This document shows, piece after piece, positions 61,888 through 64,000 of a stretch of 64,000 nt of DNA. The stretch spans positions 160,001-224,000 of the forward strand of contig OZ257156.1 of assembly GCA_965279375.1 (NCBI GenBank), in the 5' to 3' direction. Each line of letters starts with the position of its first letter. Position 1 is the first letter of the stretch. The position numbers and the translations under genes were made by a program. Under the pieces are notes generated by a model. It ran no database searches, was not told where the DNA came from, and saw only the letters and a list, made by a program, of their open reading frames with translations. The DNA comes from Gemmatimonas sp. (GTDB taxonomy: Bacteria; Gemmatimonadota; Gemmatimonadetes; Gemmatimonadales; Gemmatimonadaceae).

Positions 61888-62811
61888 ATGAGCAACGTAC
61901 GAGTTGCGGTCGTGCAGGCCGCTGCAGTCCCGTTCGACCGCAACGCATGCGTGGACAAGGCGGTCCGCCTGATCGGAGAGGCGGCCGCCACGGGAGCGAA
62001 GGTCGTCGTCTTCCCCGAAGCGTTCATCGGCGGCTATCCGAAAGGGCTGGACTTCGGAACTGTCGTGGGGAAGCGCGACGTGGAAGGGCGCGAGGAATTC
62101 CGCCGTTACCACGAGGCCGCCATCGAGGTGCCGAGCGTCGAGACAGATGCACTCGGCGAAGCGGCGGCCACACACGATTGCTATGTGGTCATGGGCATCA
62201 TCGAGCGCGATGGCGGTACGTGCTACTGCACCGCGTTGTTCTTCGGCCCAACCGGCGTGCTGCTCGGCAAGCATCGCAAGTTGATGCCAACCGCGATGGA
62301 GCGGATCATCTGGGGCTTTGGCGATGGCTCCACGCTCACCACCGTCGACAGTCCATACGGCCCCATTGGATCGGTGATCTGCTGGGAGAACTACATGCCG
62401 ATGCTGCGCATGGCGATGTACGCCAAGGGCGTCACGCTCTACTGCGCACCCACGGCCGACGATCGCGACACGTGGTTAGCCACGATGCAGCACGTCGCGC
62501 TGGAAGGGCGGTGTTTCGTGCTCTCGTCGTGTCAGTTTCTGCGACGCGGCGATTTCCCCGACGACGTGCGTGTACGATTGGGCGACGCGCCGGATGACGT
62601 ACTGATGCGCGGCGGCAGCGTGATCGTGGGGCCGTTGGGACAGATCATCGCCGGCCCGGTGTTTGGAGAAGAAGCGATTCTCTCCGCCGAGATCGATCTG
62701 CAGGACATCCCGCGCGCGAAAATGGACTTCGATGTCGTGGGACACTACAGCCGGCCGGATGTGTTTCAGCTGGTGGTGAACGAGCAGGCGACGCGCGCGG
62801 TCAAGAGCTAA
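61888..62811 (+). CDS. Nitrilase (carbon-nitrogen hydrolase branch 1)
   Basis: FPEAF, HRKLMPT and ICWEN give the E-K-C triad. DVVGHYSRPD. Confidence 0.92.
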   Translation: MSNVRVAVVQAAAVPFDRNACVDKAVRLIGEAAATGAKVVVFPEAFIGGYPKGLDFGTVVGKRDVEGREEFRRYHEAAIEVPSVETDALGEAAATHDCYVVMGIIERDGGTCYCTALFFGPTGVLLGKHRKLMPTAMERIIWGFGDGSTLTTVDSPYGPIGSVICWENYMPMLRMAMYAKGVTLYCAPTADDRDTWLATMQHVALEGRCFVLSSCQFLRRGDFPDDVRVRLGDAPDDVLMRGGSVIVGPLGQIIAGPVFGEEAILSAEIDLQDIPRAKMDFDVVGHYSRPDVFQLVVNEQATRAVKS

Positions 62812-62814
62812 CAC

Positions 62815-64000
62815 CTACGGCTTCGCGGCCCGGAGCTGACGGGCCGCGAGCTGCTGCGCCAGCATCGCCTCGGTGCCAAAGCGCAGCGTCGCGGCGAGTG
62901 TGCGAGCGATCGAATCGGCGCGTGCAGCCTCGCCGGCTTGGCGCACCGCGTGAGCCAGCGACTCCTGCGGGACCGGCGTGCTGTCGAGTGCGACGCCACG
63001 CTCCATGAGCGGAATAGCGCTGCGAGCCTGACCGCGTGCCACCGCCACTTCGCCGCGCAGCAGCAGTGCGGCGCTCTCATGCCGAGCATTGCCTTTCACG
63101 GCCCGACGCCCGAGAGTGTCGAGCATCTCGCGCGCGGCGTCAGCCATGCCGACGCGCGCCATCGCCTTGCCGGCCCAGTACAGCACCGTCGGCTCGCTCA
63201 CGCCACTGCGCGAGACGGCGCGCACACGCTCCAGCTCTTTGCGGACACCAGCGCTGTCGCCGGCCAAGCCACGCGCCCACGCAAGCATCAGCCGCGCGCG
63301 CACCTCGCCGAGCGATTCCGTCTTCATCGCCTGGTGCGTCAAGGCAGCGCTGTCGAACATGGTGACTGCCGTGCGCGCATCGTCGCGCCACAGGGCCAGC
63401 AACCCTAACGAGCGATAGCCGCGCGCCGACTGCCCCGCCGAGCCACCGATCATGAGCCGGAAGACCGCAGCCGCAGAATCGGGGAAGCCCGCGCGAACGA
63501 GCGCCGACCCGTACTCGTTGTTCTGCACGACGTCGGTTCGCAGAGACGGATCGAGCGCAAAGGCGCGAGCGAACGCGCGACGGGCGGTCGTCCGATCGGC
63601 GTCGCTGTCGAGGGAATTCGCCGCCGCGGCGAGATTGATCCAGTCTCTCGCGTCAAGCGAGTCAGTCTTGAGCAGCTGGACATACAGATCGCGCGCCGCC
63701 GCACTGCGTCTGCCCTGCAGGAGGTCGAAGGCGAGCGATGATCTCGTGTCACGGTCGAGCGGATACGAGGCGAGCCAACGCTCCTGGATGGCGATGGCGC
63801 TGTCGGGCAGCCGTCGCCAGCGCGCCTGCAACGCCTCCGTTCTCATCGCTTCGCGGGCACTCAGTCGTGCGCGCAGCGACAGCGCACCCGCAATCGATGC
63901 CTCACCTTCTGCGGGCCGATTGAGCAGATACTGCAGCTGACCCAACGCCGAATGTGCCGTTGCGAAGCTCGAGTCGAGGGCGATGGCCCGACGATACTCG
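62815..64000 (-). CDS. TPR-repeat protein (3' part; start lies outside the window)
   Basis: Frame is open to the edge (EYRRAIALDSSFATAHSALG...) with repeated TPR-like helices. Confidence 0.7.
   Translation of the reverse strand, partial: EYRRAIALDSSFATAHSALGQLQYLLNRPAEGEASIAGALSLRARLSAREAMRTEALQARWRRLPDSAIAIQERWLASYPLDRDTRSSLAFDLLQGRRSAAARDLYVQLLKTDSLDARDWINLAAAANSLDSDADRTTARRAFARAFALDPSLRTDVVQNNEYGSALVRAGFPDSAAAVFRLMIGGSAGQSARGYRSLGLLALWRDDARTAVTMFDSAALTHQAMKTESLGEVRARLMLAWARGLAGDSAGVRKELERVRAVSRSGVSEPTVLYWAGKAMARVGMADAAREMLDTLGRRAVKGNARHESAALLLRGEVAVARGQARSAIPLMERGVALDSTPVPQESLAHAVRQAGEAARADSIARTLAATLRFGTEAMLAQQLAARQLRAAKP

Overview
High-GC bacterial chromosomal window. Gene content (SusC/SusD pair, PEP-CTERM proteins, barrel-less plug proteins, Gly/Arg-rich secreted hydrolases) suggests a Gemmatimonadota-like organism, which is an inference. 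About 53 CDS are supportable. I found no rRNA, tRNA, CRISPR array, transposase or integrase. Main blocks: a partial nitronate monooxygenase; an EEP nuclease/patatin/pgm cluster; an ECF sigma/anti-sigma/PDZ operon; a minus-strand accessory block with a coupled bestrophin and LCIB-type (theta) carbonic anhydrase pair; lspA-like/rnd; a SUF operon (sufR-B-C-D-U-Rieske-S-U2) with a CAAC-N6-GTTG operator; several secreted peptidases; SusCD beside a vanadium haloperoxidase-like gene and an FG-GAP/ASPIC lipoprotein; and a BNR-repeat/dienelactone hydrolase/nitrilase run. The best candidates for under-described systems are the bestrophin-LCIB module, the haloperoxidase/FG-GAP/SusCD locus and the barrel-less plug family. 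Smaller oddities include a mini-ORF relay, probable CTG starts and leaderless starts. All product calls come from motif recognition, with no database searches.
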